Origin: Paramoeba atlantica | Taxonomy: Eukaryota; Protista; Discosea | Direction of reading: 5' to 3' | DNA length: 64,000 nt | NCBI GenBank assembly: GCA_977017575.1 | Contig: CDRNVI010000054.1 | Coordinates: forward strand, 620,001 to 684,000 | Shown here: positions 30,960-45,075 of the stretch, piece after piece | Position numbering within the stretch: position 1 is the stretch's first letter | How the letters are laid out: every line of letters begins with the position of its first letter | Translations under genes and position numbers: made by a program | The notes under the pieces: model-generated | Database searches by the model: none | What the model saw: the letters and a program-made list of their open reading frames with translations, nothing else | Told to the model about the DNA's origin: nothing

Positions 30960-32027
30960 CTGTAGGATTAGACGAGGATACATCCCCTTATCCTTGACGG
31001 AAAATAAGGCGGCAAGAAAAATAGTCAGTGTTTGCTTTTCATTCGTCCGAACGACTTTGACTGAAATCACGCCCACTGGCGCTAAATATTTCCCCTTCAG
31101 TTCGCCGTCGACGCTAACGCTAGTTTTATCTCCGAAAATAACATAGCTGTACTGACGAACATCGTGCTGCGAGTACAGATGATGCGACCATCGTCTTATT
31201 CGTTGATCAATATCTGCCGGCGTGATAGCTTGAGTTTTTCCAAACGTTCGTCAAGTCCATCAAAACACGTAACGACTCATCAACTGGAGCACCCTATTTC
31301 GAGTGATAGGGATATGACCATTCCACAGACCGAGAAGGGTTTCATGAAACTTTACCATAAAATCTTGTCGCGAGCTATTGAAGGCTCACTCACGCTTCCG
31401 GTCGCGACCTCCACGATTCATTCTTGATTGATAATCTTTTTCTCCGACTCGCTTTATTTTCCGTATGGTCTCCTCGGCAATATTATGACTTCGCAAGTTT
31501 TGATACGGAAGACGAAGAACGACACACGTACAACTTGTCTTGCACCGACAAGTGTTTTCTGCGGTATAATGATGGAGGAACAAAGGGAGGGAGAGAGGGA
31601 CGTGCTTAAAAGAGAATTTTGGGGAAGAGAGATACCAGGTTCTTGTCCGGAAACAAAAGGTCCGACCACATGTGATACACGAGCCACTGGAGTTCGCGAA
31701 ATGATCCAGTTGCTTAACGGTCCACGCGGCACCAGATCCTCCCGAAAATTCATAGGACAATAATTTTCAGGAGAAGTTTTCTATAGTTCCTAAACAAGGT
31801 CTTGCAGCTTTTTTATACACTATTTTACACTCGGATAGCTATGCACCGGAAAAACGCCGCTGCTTCTTTCATCGGCGGATTTCATAAAAAAAATGCCCCC
31901 CCCCTAAACAAATCTTTGGCCTTTTAGACAAAATAGCCCTATCAAAGGGGGGGCGGGCACGCGTAGCCCTATTAAAGTTTATGTCTCTTTTCCACGAAAC
32001 GTAGTGACTGAAAACTACGGGGTACAG
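30960..32027 (-). mobile_element. pogo-like 5' half inside the tandem unit (also 37490-38555)
   Basis: Homologous to 2330-3617; ends GGGGTACAG-TA. Confidence 0.6.
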
Positions 32028-32086
32028 TACATTCATAGAATTATTTTTTATTTTTTAAAAAACAATAATATACATTCTAACTTTAC

Positions 32087-32164
32087 ATGCTACACTTAAC
32101 GCTACAAACGATCGTGCGGCTCACATGTTCGGATTTTCAGGAACCGTCGACTAAACGTCGTAAA
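32087..32164 (+). pseudogene. LRR 5' stub (also 38615-38692) joined to the YR relic
   Basis: ATGCTACACTTAACGCTACAAACG...AAACGTCGTAAAG then a switch to YR 3' sequence. Confidence 0.85.
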
Positions 32165-32303
32165 GCCGCTGGTAGGCAGTAACATTGTATGTCACATGCA
32201 GGTTAGTTATGGGGAATTGGCCTCCCTTGGGTTGTGGCAAGTCGGCGGTGACATTGCCTATGTGACAATGTGACATTGCCAATGATTGGATGTCACATGC
32301 TGG

Positions 32304-32590
32304 CTATTTACGGGGAGTTGGACTCCCGTGGTTGGCGCTGGTAGGCTGTGACATTCGATTGTTCTGACGAGTGAGACCGCCATCGTCCCAATAATTGCCT
32401 CTCTGAAATAGGAATACCACGGACTCGAAGCTCAGTGGCCTTCCCATGCCGCAATGAACGCATAGTCCATGTTCGAGTGTTATTCCAATTAAAGTGGTGG
32501 GTTGCATCATTTATAGTTTATTAGTCAAACGTCGATCCCACTTCGAGAACAATAAGGAACCTGGATTGCCCTTCGCGAGGGCCTTCCATT
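32304..32590 (-). pseudogene. YR C-terminal relic (also 38832-39120, 43399-43570, 60269-60440)
   Basis: Same HSLRHG/GRW-bearing segment as 7779-8070, variably frameshifted. Confidence 0.75.
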
Positions 32591-34873
32591 AACCACTGTA
32601 TACCGTACTATCACTATCGCCTTCGCCATCCCCTTCATTTTACCCTTCATTATCGCCATGATCATCCCATGATTCCGGTTTTCCGCGTTTCTTAGTGGGG
32701 GGGAGGCGCAGTGGCCGCCGTTGGAAAAACAACTAGTGGCTGGATCGGGACTTTCATATTCACGAGAATAGCAGGCCGAGGCAAATGAAGTGTGTCCTAG
32801 GGGCTAACTGACGATGAATGCACAGCATGGACTGTAATACCCCCCGTGACAACATCCACTTCCTTTCGGTAACCTCGGTCTCCTTTAAGCCTGCTATACC
32901 GGCCCAAAGCCCGGAGCCACGTATCAGTTCGACCGTACGGTGGAAAGGTGATGGAAAGAGAAATCGTAATCAAAAGAATTTGTAAAAAAATCTACTATCT
33001 AAACTTGTTTAATACTAAACTATGTTCCAGGATAGTATACCCGTGCCCACTTAGTATACCTACCCCCCCCTCCCAGCAACAGGAGCGGGAGACATCCCTT
33101 TTTTAGAAGCGACAGATCCATTTTCTAGCCATCACACGGCAAGAAATCGCATTTTAAGGTCAAGGCAACATTTTTCTAGCAACTACTGATAAATTAAATA
33201 TAATTATAAATTATTTTTTGCTTTTTAGACAAAATTTAGTATACCCATACATCTCCCTAGTACGGATAGTACGGTACTTCATACATTTTGAAAAACGTTT
33301 TGTGATGAAGCGGGACCTTGACTATGAATTTCAATCAAAGAAAGCTCGTGTTTTTTATTGGTAAACAATGATGGGATTATGAACAATGATGGGATATGAT
33401 GGGAGTATGTAATGTTGGGATCGTAGAGTTCTACGGAAGAAATTGGAAAGCAGGATTCGGAGCTCGTTAGCTTCAACGTCTCCACCAGCGTCCCCTTCAT
33501 CATCCCCATCATCGTTCCCTTCGTCATACCCTCCATCCCCTTTATCATTCCCCTCATTATCCCCATCATCTCCTTCATCATCCGCTTCACTCTCTGGTAT
33601 TCTTTTTACCCCGTAGACGCATGTCTTCAGCTTATACCGTATACCCCCCAGGAAGAGAGATTTGGCTCTTTTTGGGCTGGCCCCCAGTAAGAGAGATTTA
33701 GCCCTTATTCTGGGCAATCAAATGAGGTTGAAGCACAGAGAAGAAAACGCACAATCAAAAACAAAGAGTCAATATTTTATATGAAGCATACGAAAATCAA
33801 ATATAGTTGGGCTGGAGTCTTGGACAACGCTTTCTAACGCAAGTTGTATGCGAATGTCCGTTGTCATAACTTAAAAAAAGTAGATGAAATGAAATCAATG
33901 ACAGAATGACAATTTCTTTTAGACAGAACTATTCGAAAAAGAGAAAAACTCTAAAAAAAAGGTTGTCAAAAAAGTTTGGAGAAAAAAGAAAACTGGCCTA
34001 AAAAGCATAACCCCCCAGTAAGAGAGATTTGGTCAAAACCCACTCTTACTGGGGGGTTGTACGGTAGTACCCCATTGGGGTGCAAAGGAACCTTCCTAGG
34101 CAATAAAGAAAAAGTTTCTGTAACTTTTCGTTCCCTTGCTTTTTTTGGCGATGGACCCCGCTAGATATCTGTCGCATTTTGACCCCCGTAACTATCTGTC
34201 ACACCCATACCTGTAAAATTATTAATAATTTTTCCTTCTAATAATACTGTCCTCCCTCCCCTTAAGCGCACACGGTCAGACCCCCCCCGTTTAAGCGCAC
34301 TTTTCACGGAAAACGAGGTGCGCTTAAACGGGGGGGACAGTAATTATTATTAAAGAATTATTAATAATTATTAAAGTACATCCTAATGCCGAAAAGTATG
34401 GACCATATTCGCGTCGAGAACTCTCCTTTGCAACAAAACTCAGGTGAAACGGACCCAAGGACAAAAACAGGAGGTGTCCTGATATTGGCGATCCCCCCTG
34501 TATAAGGTTTCAATACTGGTGGCAGAGGCAAAGTTCATCCACTTCTTGATATGGTGGGTGGTTCTCTTTTGTAGCCTCTCAATGAATGAGTAAGGCTGGC
34601 ATGAACAACGAATGAAAGCGCAATTTGGATAGGACGGCGTGTTGGTAGATCCATAGTTTGGATGAGAACCTTTGGATTAAACCCGTAGTGGATTAGGAGG
34701 TTTCTGAAGGCCTCCTTGACCTCCTTCTACATAAAATAAGGGAACACTAATTAAGGGAATAAGTTTTTTTGAAAACCATTTTCCCTTAATTAGTGTAATT
34801 CTTAATTAATGTTTCCACGGTATATCTCATTTTTTGTTATAATTTATAATTTATAAAAATTAATGAGAGGGAG

Positions 34874-37047
34874 AGTATGGTGTCGCCACCGCCGCTGGCG
34901 CCGAACGCATGATTCATCTCTGTCGTCAGACGGTGACCAAGCATGCTGACGACCCAGATTTCGTCCTGTGCAAAATTGATCTCTCAAACGCGTTTAATGA
35001 CGTCTCAAGATCCGCCTTTCCCTCCTTGACTCAGAAGCACTTTCCTAACCCCCTCTCTAAATGGGTAGAATGGTGTTACGAAACGGACAGCTACGTCACC
35101 TTTGGGCAACACATTCTGCACTCCGCAGAAGGCGTTCAACAAGGCGATCCCTTGGGACCGCTCCTTTTCTCCCTGGTAATCCATCATCTCGCGCAAATTT
35201 TTATTTATTTTTTTTATTTATTAACGCTGAGTTTCCTGAAGAACTTTTCCTCCATGTCTGGTACCTTGACGACGGGGTACTTGCCGGCAAGGCGGCGCTC
35301 GTCAAGCAAGCCCTCGAAGTCATTGAGCGGGAAGGTCGACAGCTCGGACTCCTTCTTAACACTCAGAAGTGTGAAGTGACCCTACACCCCCCGTCCGCAC
35401 ACCTCGTGACTTTATTCCCTGAGATCCCATAACAAAGAATTCTCTTCGATGGCAATTTCAGCATCCTAGGCAGCCCGGTGGGATCCGCGCAATACTGTAG
35501 TGATTACCTTCGCGAACACGCCTTGGCCCCAGCATTCTCCACACTTAGCGCTATAAAGAAAATCGTCGATCCCCAAGTGGCGTTAACCCTCATCCGCCAG
35601 TGCTCTGGCTTTTGTCAGCTCGTCTTCTCCCTCCGCACCACAGCCCCTAAACGCCTATTAGATCTATGTTTGCGTCTCGACACCGCGGTGCTACAAGCTT
35701 TAGAGGACGCACTTTGCTCACTCGATCCTTCCGGGTGCGCTCAGCGCTCAGCGCAGAAAAAAATATGGCGGTTTTGGACTTCCTCTTCTCTTTTCTACTC
35801 AGCGGGGTACGCTTCCTCAGTCTCCTTCGCAGCCAGCCAAGACGGATGGGATGCACTGGATGCAGAAGGATTCCGGGAGGCAATGACCCACGTAAACGAA
35901 CTATCCGGAAGACCCCTCATCAACGTCCATACAGGGTACGTCTTACCAGAGGATCCTGAGTCCCCCCGGCAAATCCAACACCACCTAAAGACCAACTAAA
36001 GAAAACACCAACTAAAAAAGATGGCTTCTTCTCAAAGTGGGGATGGGGTCGCAAACTGGGCCTTTGCTCTCCCATCCAAAGAGCTGGGGTACGCCCTTAT
36101 CCCTACGGCGTTCCGCGCCCTGGCCCGTTGGTGGCTCGGGGCAGACGTCCACAATGCCCCCCGCCCTTGCCCTGTGGACAAGTGTAGCCAACCGCTAGGC
36201 CGAACCAGATGGCAGGCACGCCCTAGCTTGCAAAAGTGGCTACGGTCTACTTTCTCGGCACAACGCCCTGGTCGACCACTTCTACGACGTGTGTACCAAG
36301 GCGCACTTCGCCCCACAACGAGAGGTTAGCCTACGGCCCTGGCGGTTGCCCCACCCGACCAGGAGACGTATTCCTCCCGAACTTTGGCCTAGCTACCGGC
36401 TTGGTATTGGACTTCTGCGTTACCCACGTTCAGTAACCCACATACATATGGTATATGTATGCTCGGGTATATGTATGCTCGGGTATATGTATGCTCGGGC
36501 ATGTGTAATCACTTGGATATGCGCAAAACAAAGAAGGTTTATGAAAAATAATCAACATGTTCGTGGGATGTGTACCTCCCCAGAAAGTGTTCAATGCGTT
36601 CTATGTGTTCAATTAAAAAAAGAAGTGTTCATAGAACACACAGGTATATTATACGGACTGAGTCCGAGGTGCTAACGTGTGGAAAGCGGGATCCTTTGCC
36701 GAGCGGTACGCTACGGAGCACAAACGGAGCGCCTCGAGGCTGAATCCCAAGGGTACAGATTCACCGCTATGGCAGTGGAATCCTTCGGATCGTGGTCCGA
36801 CAGCGCGCAGGCCATTCTCCGTGAGGTCGCCGAGCGTCGCTCAGCCGCTTCGCAGGGCACTCTTTCGAGAGGAAAGGCCTTCCAACGCCTCCTCACGGAA
36901 ATGAATGTGACTCTAATGCGAGCCCAAGCGCGCATGCTGGTAAGTCGGATGCCCGCAGAGAACTTGCGTCCTTCGTTGCGCACGTGAGGACGTGAAAATA
37001 ATGGAAATATGTGTGAAGCTTTAAGCGTAGTAAGTTGGAAAAAAAAA
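34874..37047 (+). mobile_element. CRE-clade element, subfamily A, second copy
   Basis: Near-identical to 28345-30518. Confidence 0.9.
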
Positions 37048-40000
37048 GGATTTACTTTCCACGCTTCTTTCCTTGAATCTAGAACGTAGTAGTTTCTCAG
37101 GCAACGTTCCGTTAGAACTATTGCCTGGTCATCTGGAAAAACTGGACCCGAATACTTTTTCGTGATGCTAGATTTCGGGACCGTGCCGAAAACCGTGGTC
37201 AAACTGAGTGTCTCCCGCAATCAGTTTGCAAAGATCTTGTGATCAAAGCGGATGGATGACGTTCTGAGAGTGATGAATAGAACAACTTGTAGGTCATCAT
37301 AATACACACAAGAACAATTTGTAGGTCGTCGTCGTCGTTCTCAAAATAGATAACGCACACGAATTTATAACGCGCACGAATAAAGCGAAAGTATAAAATC
37401 ACAAAACAAATACCTAAAAAAAACTATTTAAAGTGCATTAAATTCAGTAACTCGAATTTTCAGGAATCAATTTTCAGGAATTGAATTTCTGTAGGATTAG
37501 ACGAGGATACATCCCCTTATCCTTGACGGAAAATAAGGCGGCAAGAAAAATAGTCAGTGTTTGCTTTTCATTCGTCCGAACGACTTTGACTGAAATCACG
37601 CCCACTGGCGCTAAATATTTCCCCTTCAGTTCGCCGTCGACGCTAACGCTAGTTTTATCTCCGAAAATAACATAGCTGTACTGACGAACATCGTGCTGCG
37701 AGTACAGATGATGCGACCATCGTCTTATTCGTTGATCAATATCTGCCGGCGTGATAGCTTGAGTTTTTCCAAACGTTCGTCAAGTCCATCAAAACACGTA
37801 ACGACTCATCAACTGGAGCACCCTATTTCGAGTGATAGGGATATGACCATTCCACAGACCGAGAAGGGTTTCATGAAACTTTACCATAAAATCTTGTCGC
37901 GAGCTATTGAAGGCTCACTCACGCTTCCGGTCGCGACCTCCACGATTCATTCTTGATTGATAATCTTTTTCTCCGACTCGCTTTATTTTCCGTATGGTCT
38001 CCTCGGCAATATTATGACTTCGCAAGTTTTGATACGGAAGACGAAGAACGACACACGTACAACTTGTCTTGCACCGACAAGTGTTTTCTGCGGTATAATG
38101 ATGGAGGAACAAAGGGAGGGAGAGAGGGACGTGCTTAAAAGAGAATTTTGGGGAAGAGAGATACCAGGTTCTTGTCCGGAAACAAAAGGTCCGACCACAT
38201 GTGATACACGAGCCACTGGAGTTCGCGAAATGATCCAGTTGCTTAACGGTCCACGCGGCACCAGATCCTCCCGAAAATTCATAGGACAATAATTTTCAGG
38301 AGAAGTTTTCTATAGTTCCTAAACAAGGTCTTGCAGCTTTTTTATACACTATTTTACACTCGGATAGCTATGCACCGGAAAAACGCCGCTGCTTCTTTCA
38401 TCGGCGGATTTCATAAAAAAAATGCCCCCCCCTAAACAAATCTTTGGCCTTTTAGACAAAATAGCCCTATCAAAGGGGGGGCGGGCACGCGTAGCCCTAT
38501 TAAAGTTTATGTCTCTTTTCCACGAAACGTAGTGACTGAAAACTACGGGGTACAGTACATTCATAGAATTATTTTTTATTTTTTAAAAAACAATAATATA
38601 CATTCTAACTTTACATGCTACACTTAACGCTACAAACGATCGTGCGGCTCACATGTTCGGATATTCAGGAACCGTCGACTAAACGTCGTAAAGCCGCTGG
38701 TAGGCAGTAACATTGTATGTCACATGCAGGTTAGTTATGGGGAATTGGCCTCCCTTGGGTTGTGGCAAGTCGGCGGTGACATTGCCTATGTGACAATGTG
38801 ACATTGCCAATGATTGGATGTCACATGCTGGCTATTTACGGGGAGTTGGACTCCCGTGGTTGGCGCTGGTAGGCTGTGACATTCGATTGTTCTGACGAGT
38901 GAGACCGCCATCGTCCCAATAATTGCCTCTCTGAAATAGGAATACCACGGACTCGAAGCTCAGTGGCCTTCCCATGCCGCAATGAACGCATAGTCCATGT
39001 TCGAGTGTTATTCCAATTAAAGTGGTGGGTTGCATCATTTATAGTTTATTAGTCAAACGTCGATCCCACTTCGAGAACAATAAGGAACCTGGATTGCCCT
39101 TCGCGAGGGCCTTCCATTAACCACTGTATACCGTACTATCACTATCGCCTTCGCCATCCCCTTCATTTTACCCTTCATTATCGCCATGATCATCCCATGA
39201 TTCCGGTTTTCCGCGTTTCTTAGTGGGGGGGAGGCGCAGTGGCCGCCGTTGGAAAAACAACTAGTGGCTGGATCGGGACTTTCATATTCACGAGAATAGC
39301 AGGCCGAGGCAAATGAAGTGTGTCCTAGGGGCTAACTGACGATGAATGCACAGCATGGACTGTAATACCCCCCGTGACAACATCCACTTCCTTTCGGTAA
39401 CCTCGGTCTCCTTTAAGCCTGCTATACCGGCCCAAAGCCCGGAGCCACGTATCAGTTCGACCGTACGGTGGAAAGGTGATGGAAAGAGAAATCGTAATCA
39501 AAAGAATTTGTAAAAAAATCTACTATCTAAACTTGTTTAATACTAAACTATGTTCCAGGATAGTATACCCGTGCCCACTTAGTATACCTACCCCCCCCTC
39601 CCAGCAACAGGAGCGGGAGACATCCCTTTTTTAGAAGCGACAGATCCATTTTCTAGCCATCACACGGCAAGAAATCGCATTTTAAGGTCAAGGCAACATT
39701 TTTCTAGCAACTACTGATAAATTAAATATAATTATAAATTATTTTTTGCTTTTTAGACAAAATTTAGTATACCCATACATCTCCCTAGTACGGATAGTAC
39801 GGTACTTCATACATTTTGAAAAACGCTTTGTGATGAAGCGGGACCTTGACTATGAATTTCAATCAAAGAAAGCTCGTGTTTTTTATTGGTAAACAATGAT
39901 GGGATTATGAACAATGATGGGATATGATGGGAGTATGTAATGTTGGGATCGTAGAGTTCTACGGAAGAAATTGGAAAGCAGGATTCGGAGCTCGTTAGCT

Positions 40001-41403
40001 TCAACGTCTCCACCAGCGTCCCCTTCATCATCCCCATCATCGTTCCCTTCGTCATACCCTCCATCCCCTTTATCATTCCCCTCATTATCCCCATCATCTC
40101 CTTCATCATCCGCTTCACTCTCTGGTATTCTTTTTACCCCGTAGACGCATGTCTTCAGCTTATACCGTATACCCCCCAGGAAGAGAGATTTGGCTCTTTT
40201 TGGGCTGGCCCCCAGTAAGAGAGATTTAGCCCTTATTCTGGGCAATCAAATGAGGTTGAAGCACAGAGAAGAAAACGCACAATCAAAAACAAAGAGTCAA
40301 TATTTTATATGAAGCATACGAAAATCAAATATAGTTGGGCTGGAGTCTTGGACAACGCTTTCTAACGCAAGTTGTATGCGAATGTCCGTTGTCATAACTT
40401 AAAAAAAGTAGATGAAATGAAATCAATGACAGAATGACAATTTCTTTTAGACAGAACTATTCGAAAAAGAGAAAAACTCTAAAAAAAAGGTTGTCAAAAA
40501 AGTTTGGAGAAAAAAGAAAACTGGCCTAAAAAGCATAACCCCCCAGTAAGAGAGATTTGGTCAAAACCCACTCTTACTGGGGGGTTGTACGGTAGTACCC
40601 CATTGGGGTGCAAAGGAACCTTCCTAGGCAATAAAGAAAAAGTTTCTGTAACTTTTCGTTCCCTTGCTTTTTTTGGCGATGGACCCCGCTAGATATCTGT
40701 CGCATTTTGACCCCCGTAATTATCTGTCACACCCATACCTGTAAAATTATTAATAATTTTTCCTTCTAATAATACTGTCCTCCCTCCCCTTAAGCGCACA
40801 CGGTCAGACCCCCCCCCCGTTTAAGCGCACTTTTCACGGAAAACGAGGTGCGCTTAAACGGGGGGGACAGTAATTATTATTAAAGAATTATTAATAATTA
40901 TTAAAGTACATCCTAATGCCGAAAAGTATGGACCATATTCGCGTCGAGAACTCTCCTTTGCAACAAAACTCAGGTGAAACGGACCCAAGGACAAAAACAG
41001 GAGGTGTCCTGATATTGGCGATCCCCCCTGTATAAGGTTTCAATACTGGTGGCAGAGGCAAAGTTCATCCACTTCTTGATATGGTGGGTGGTTCTCTTTT
41101 GTAGCCTCTCAATGAATGAGTAAGGCTGGCATGAACAACGAATGAAAGCGCAATTTGGATAGGACGGCGTGTTGGTAGATCCATAGTTTGGATGAGAACC
41201 TTTGGATTAAACCCGTAGTGGATTAGGAGGTTTCTGAAGGCCTCCTTGACCTCCTTCTACATAAAATAAGGGAACACTAATTAAGGGAATAAGTTTTTTT
41301 GAAAACCATTTTCCCTTAATTAGTGTAATTCTTAATCAATGTTTCCACGGTATATCTCATTTTTTGTTATAATTTATAATTTATAAAAATTAATGAGAGG
41401 GAG

Positions 41404-42724
41404 AGTATGGTGTCGCCACCGCCGCTGGCGCCGAACGCATGATTCATCTCTGTCGTCAGACGGTGACCAAGCATGCTGACGACCCAGATTTCGTCCTGTG
41501 CAAAATTGATCTCTCAAACGCGTTTAATGACGTCTCAAGATCCGCCTTTCCCTCCTTGACTCAGAAGCACTTTCCTAACCTCCTCTCTAAATGGGTAGAA
41601 TGGTGTTACGAAACGGACAGCTACGTCACCTTTGGGCAACACATTCTGCACTCCGCAGAAGGCGTTCAACAAGGCGATCCCTTGGGACCGCTCCTTTTCT
41701 CCCTGGTAATCCATCATCTCGCGCAAATTATTAACGCTGAGTTTCCTGAAGAACTTTTCCTCCATGTCTGGTACCTTGACGACGGGGTACTTGCCGGCAA
41801 GGCGGCGCTCGTCAAGCAAGCCCTCAAAGTCATTGAGCGGGAAGGTCGACAGCTCGGACTCCTTCTTAACACTCAGAAGTGTGAAGTGACCCTACACCCC
41901 CCGTCCGCACACCTCGTGACTTTATTCCCTGAGATCCCATAACAAAGAATTCTCTTCGATGGCAATTTCAGCATCCTAGGCAGCCCGGTGGGATCCGCGC
42001 AATACTGTAGTGATTACCTTCGCGAACACGCCTTGGCCCCAGCATTCTCCACACTTAGCGCTATAAAGAAAATCGTCGATCCCCAAGTGGCGTTAACCCT
42101 CATCCGCCAGTGCTCTGGCTTTTGTCAGCTCGTCTTCTCCCTCCGCACCACAGCCCCTAAACCCCTATTAGATCTATGTTTGCGTCTCGACACCGCGGTG
42201 CTACAAGCTTTAGAGGACGCACTTTGCTCACTCGATCCTTCCGGGTGCGCTCAGCGCTCAGCGCAGAAAAAAATATGGCGGTTTTGGACTTCCTCTTCTC
42301 TTTTCTACTCAGCGGGGTACGCTTCCTCAGTCTCCTTCGCAGCCAGCCAAGACGGATGGGATGCACTGGATGCAGAAGGATTCCGGGAGGCAATGACCCA
42401 CGTAAACGAACTATCCGGAAGACCCCTCATCAACGTCCATACAGGGTACGTCTTACCAGAGGATCCTGAGTCCCCCCGGCAAATCCAACACCACCTAAAG
42501 ACCAACTAAAGAAAACACCAACTAAAAAAGATGGCTTCTTCTCAAAGTGGGGATGGGGTCGCAAACTGGGCCTTTGCTCTCCCATCCAAAGAGCTGGGGT
42601 ACGCCCTTATCCCTACGGCGTTCCGCGCCCTGGCCCGTTGGTGGCTCGGGGCAGACGTCCACAATGCCCCCCGCCCTTGCCCTGTGGACAAATGTAGCCA
42701 ACCGCTAGGCCGAACCAGATGGCA
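41404..42724 (+). mobile_element. CRE-clade element, subfamily A, third copy (3'-truncated)
   Basis: Lacks the 20-nt T-rich insertion, so QGDP and YLDD are in one ORF (41439-41942); ends at a junction with an LRR 3' end. Confidence 0.9.
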
Positions 42725-42809
42725 TATAACAAGATCGCCATTACCTGAAAATGTGCAAGAGTACGGTTTGTGCGTATATAACACACAGATAAGGCTCGAG
42801 AATCATTGA
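42725..42809 (+). pseudogene. LRR 3'-terminal fragment fused in frame to CRE sequence
   Basis: ORF 42531-42809 reads ...CPVDKC...RWH|ITRSPLPENVQEYGLCVYNTQIRLENH. Confidence 0.9.
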
Positions 42810-43574
42810 ATCAAATAAAATGATAAAGAGAATTTAAAGAGAATAAAGAGAATTTAAACAGAATAAAGAGAAAGATGGAGAGAAAATGAGGGGATTAGGG
42901 GGATCTTCAATTATTCAATAAATTCTATTGTTTTGGAAACTTTTATAAACTTTCTTATCTCAAAAAAGTGTACGACGTGACATACCCCCTTGATTAATTG
43001 TGTCGCTCAACCCCTTTGTAATGTGCATAACAGACAACACATCTAAAATGTGTATGACAGACTAAACGCAATGTCTGAGAACTGTGATTTAGTATAATTT
43101 GTCTTAAAAAAAGTATTGTTTACTTTTAATTTCTTAACTCCTATGGCTTCTTAACTCCGCAGTTTCCAGTCCCAAGCCTGGGGCAGGTCTCTCAAAGACC
43201 GGGGTAGGAGGGGGAAGCGATCATTCGATCGATTTGTGCTGGATCATTCGGTCGAGTGAGCTGGACTTAGCATGCTGCAGGGCAGTTAGACATGGTGAAG
43301 TACCGCAACACTCTCATGTTGCCACTGGTTAATTGAACAGTTGGACCCCCTTGGTTCCCGCTGGTAGGCTGTGACATTGGATGTCACATGCTCGTTAGTT
43401 ACGGAGAGTTGAACTCCCGTGGTTGGCGCTGGTACGCTGTGACATTGGATTGTTCTGACGAGTGAGAGCGCCATCGTCCCATTAATTGCCTCTCTGAAAT
43501 AGGAACGCCACGGACTCGAAGCTCAGTGACCTTCCCATGCCGCAATGAATGCATAGTCCATGTTCGAGTGTTAT

Positions 43575-45075
43575 CAGAATATTCTAACATAAAAATTTAT
43601 TTTCGAAATTACAATTTTCATATTTTAAAAACTTCACACAATACAAGCAACTGCTCACAAAAATCACAAAGATATGAATCCGAATACTGGATAAAGAAAG
43701 ATGCAAATACTGGATTTGGCAAAGATTTTAATGAATACGTTAAGGAGATACCCAACATCGGGGTACAAAGATCTCAGCAGCCAGTCCAATAGACCACCCA
43801 ATAGACTAATCCTAAACATTATCCTAAACTGTGTATAAACACACTCACAACAATTGCAGGCAACTGATCACAATGATCGCAAAAAAAATTTCAAAGGATC
43901 CTGAGAAAGGGATTCAAAAGAAACGAACATACTAAGTAACTAACTAACTAGTCACTAGGATCGTGAACTGATCCCAAAGATAGAAAATAGCTCATCAAAA
44001 AGAACACAAAGAGGGACCATTCTTTAAGAATGGGTCGCAAAGACCCCCCAAAAAAAAGCAAGAAAGAAGTTCAAAGTAGCTCAACAATAAAGTCTTAAAC
44101 CTTAAAGCACAAATGCCTTAAAGTTTAAGGTATTTAAGTTGTTTAAGTCTTAAACAGCTGACCAAAAAGACCCCCCCAAGAAAGAATCCAAACTATGAGG
44201 TACAACCAACTTAAGCAACTCAACTTAAAAAACTGATCTTAAGCAACTCAAAGAGAAGAACAACTGACCACAAAAGTCACCAAAAACATAATAGTAAAAC
44301 ATAATAATAAAAAAGATCACAATGAAAAAACTGATCTTAAGCAACTCAAAGAGAAGAACAACTGACCACAAAGGTCACCAGAAACATAATAGTAAAACAT
44401 AATAATAAAGAGATCACAATGAAAAAACTGATCTTAAGCAACTCAAAGAGAAGAACAACTGACCACAAAAGTCACCAGAAACATAATAGTAAAACATAAT
44501 AATAAAAAAGATCGCAATGAAAAAACTGATCTTAAGCAACTCAAAGAGAAGAACAACTGACCACAAACGTCACCAGAAACATAATAGTAAAACATAATAA
44601 TAAAAAAGATCACAATGGTCCCAAAAAATGGATTCCGAAGAACTAAAACAAGTTCGAAATATCTTAAACAATTGATAAGGTAACAACATCCGATCACAAA
44701 GATCTTGAAGAATGTATCCGAATGACTCCATTGTGCGATACAACGTCTTAACAAACGGATCCCAAATAAATGCAATCGCCTGGCCAAGGTCACAAGACAC
44801 ATGGACCCCAAAAATATTGAAGCATGGATCTCAAATACTCCAGATAATATTGGCAAATAATTAAAGCTTCAAGGAAAATGAATCAAAAACAAAAATCACA
44901 AACAACCGATAACAAAGATCCACAAGGAGTAATTACAAATATACGAAAAACAATCGATCAAAACGATAAACCAAACTATCACAAAAATTACAAAAAAAAC
45001 AGGATCGATAACAAGAGTATCCAAGTAACCAATCGCTAACTGGGTCACGGGGGATAAAACAAAAACAACCATGTC
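43575..45075. repeat. A/C-skewed, GATC-rich repeat block (second copy about 60445-61640)
   Basis: Strong strand asymmetry; about 20 GATC sites in 43861-45060 by manual count; collinear with 60445-61640. Confidence 0.8.
44227..44617. repeat. Four ~98-bp tandem repeats
   Basis: AACTGATCTTAAGCAACTCAAAG... at 44231, 44329, 44426 and 44524; a single unit in the 61080 copy. Confidence 0.92.

Larger units (their letters stand above)
25970..42724. repeat. Tandem duplication, ~6.53-kb unit, about 2.6 copies
   Basis: Equivalent ORFs at 28380/34909/41439 and 26748/33279/39807 (offsets 6528-6531); near identity with few differences. Confidence 0.97.
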
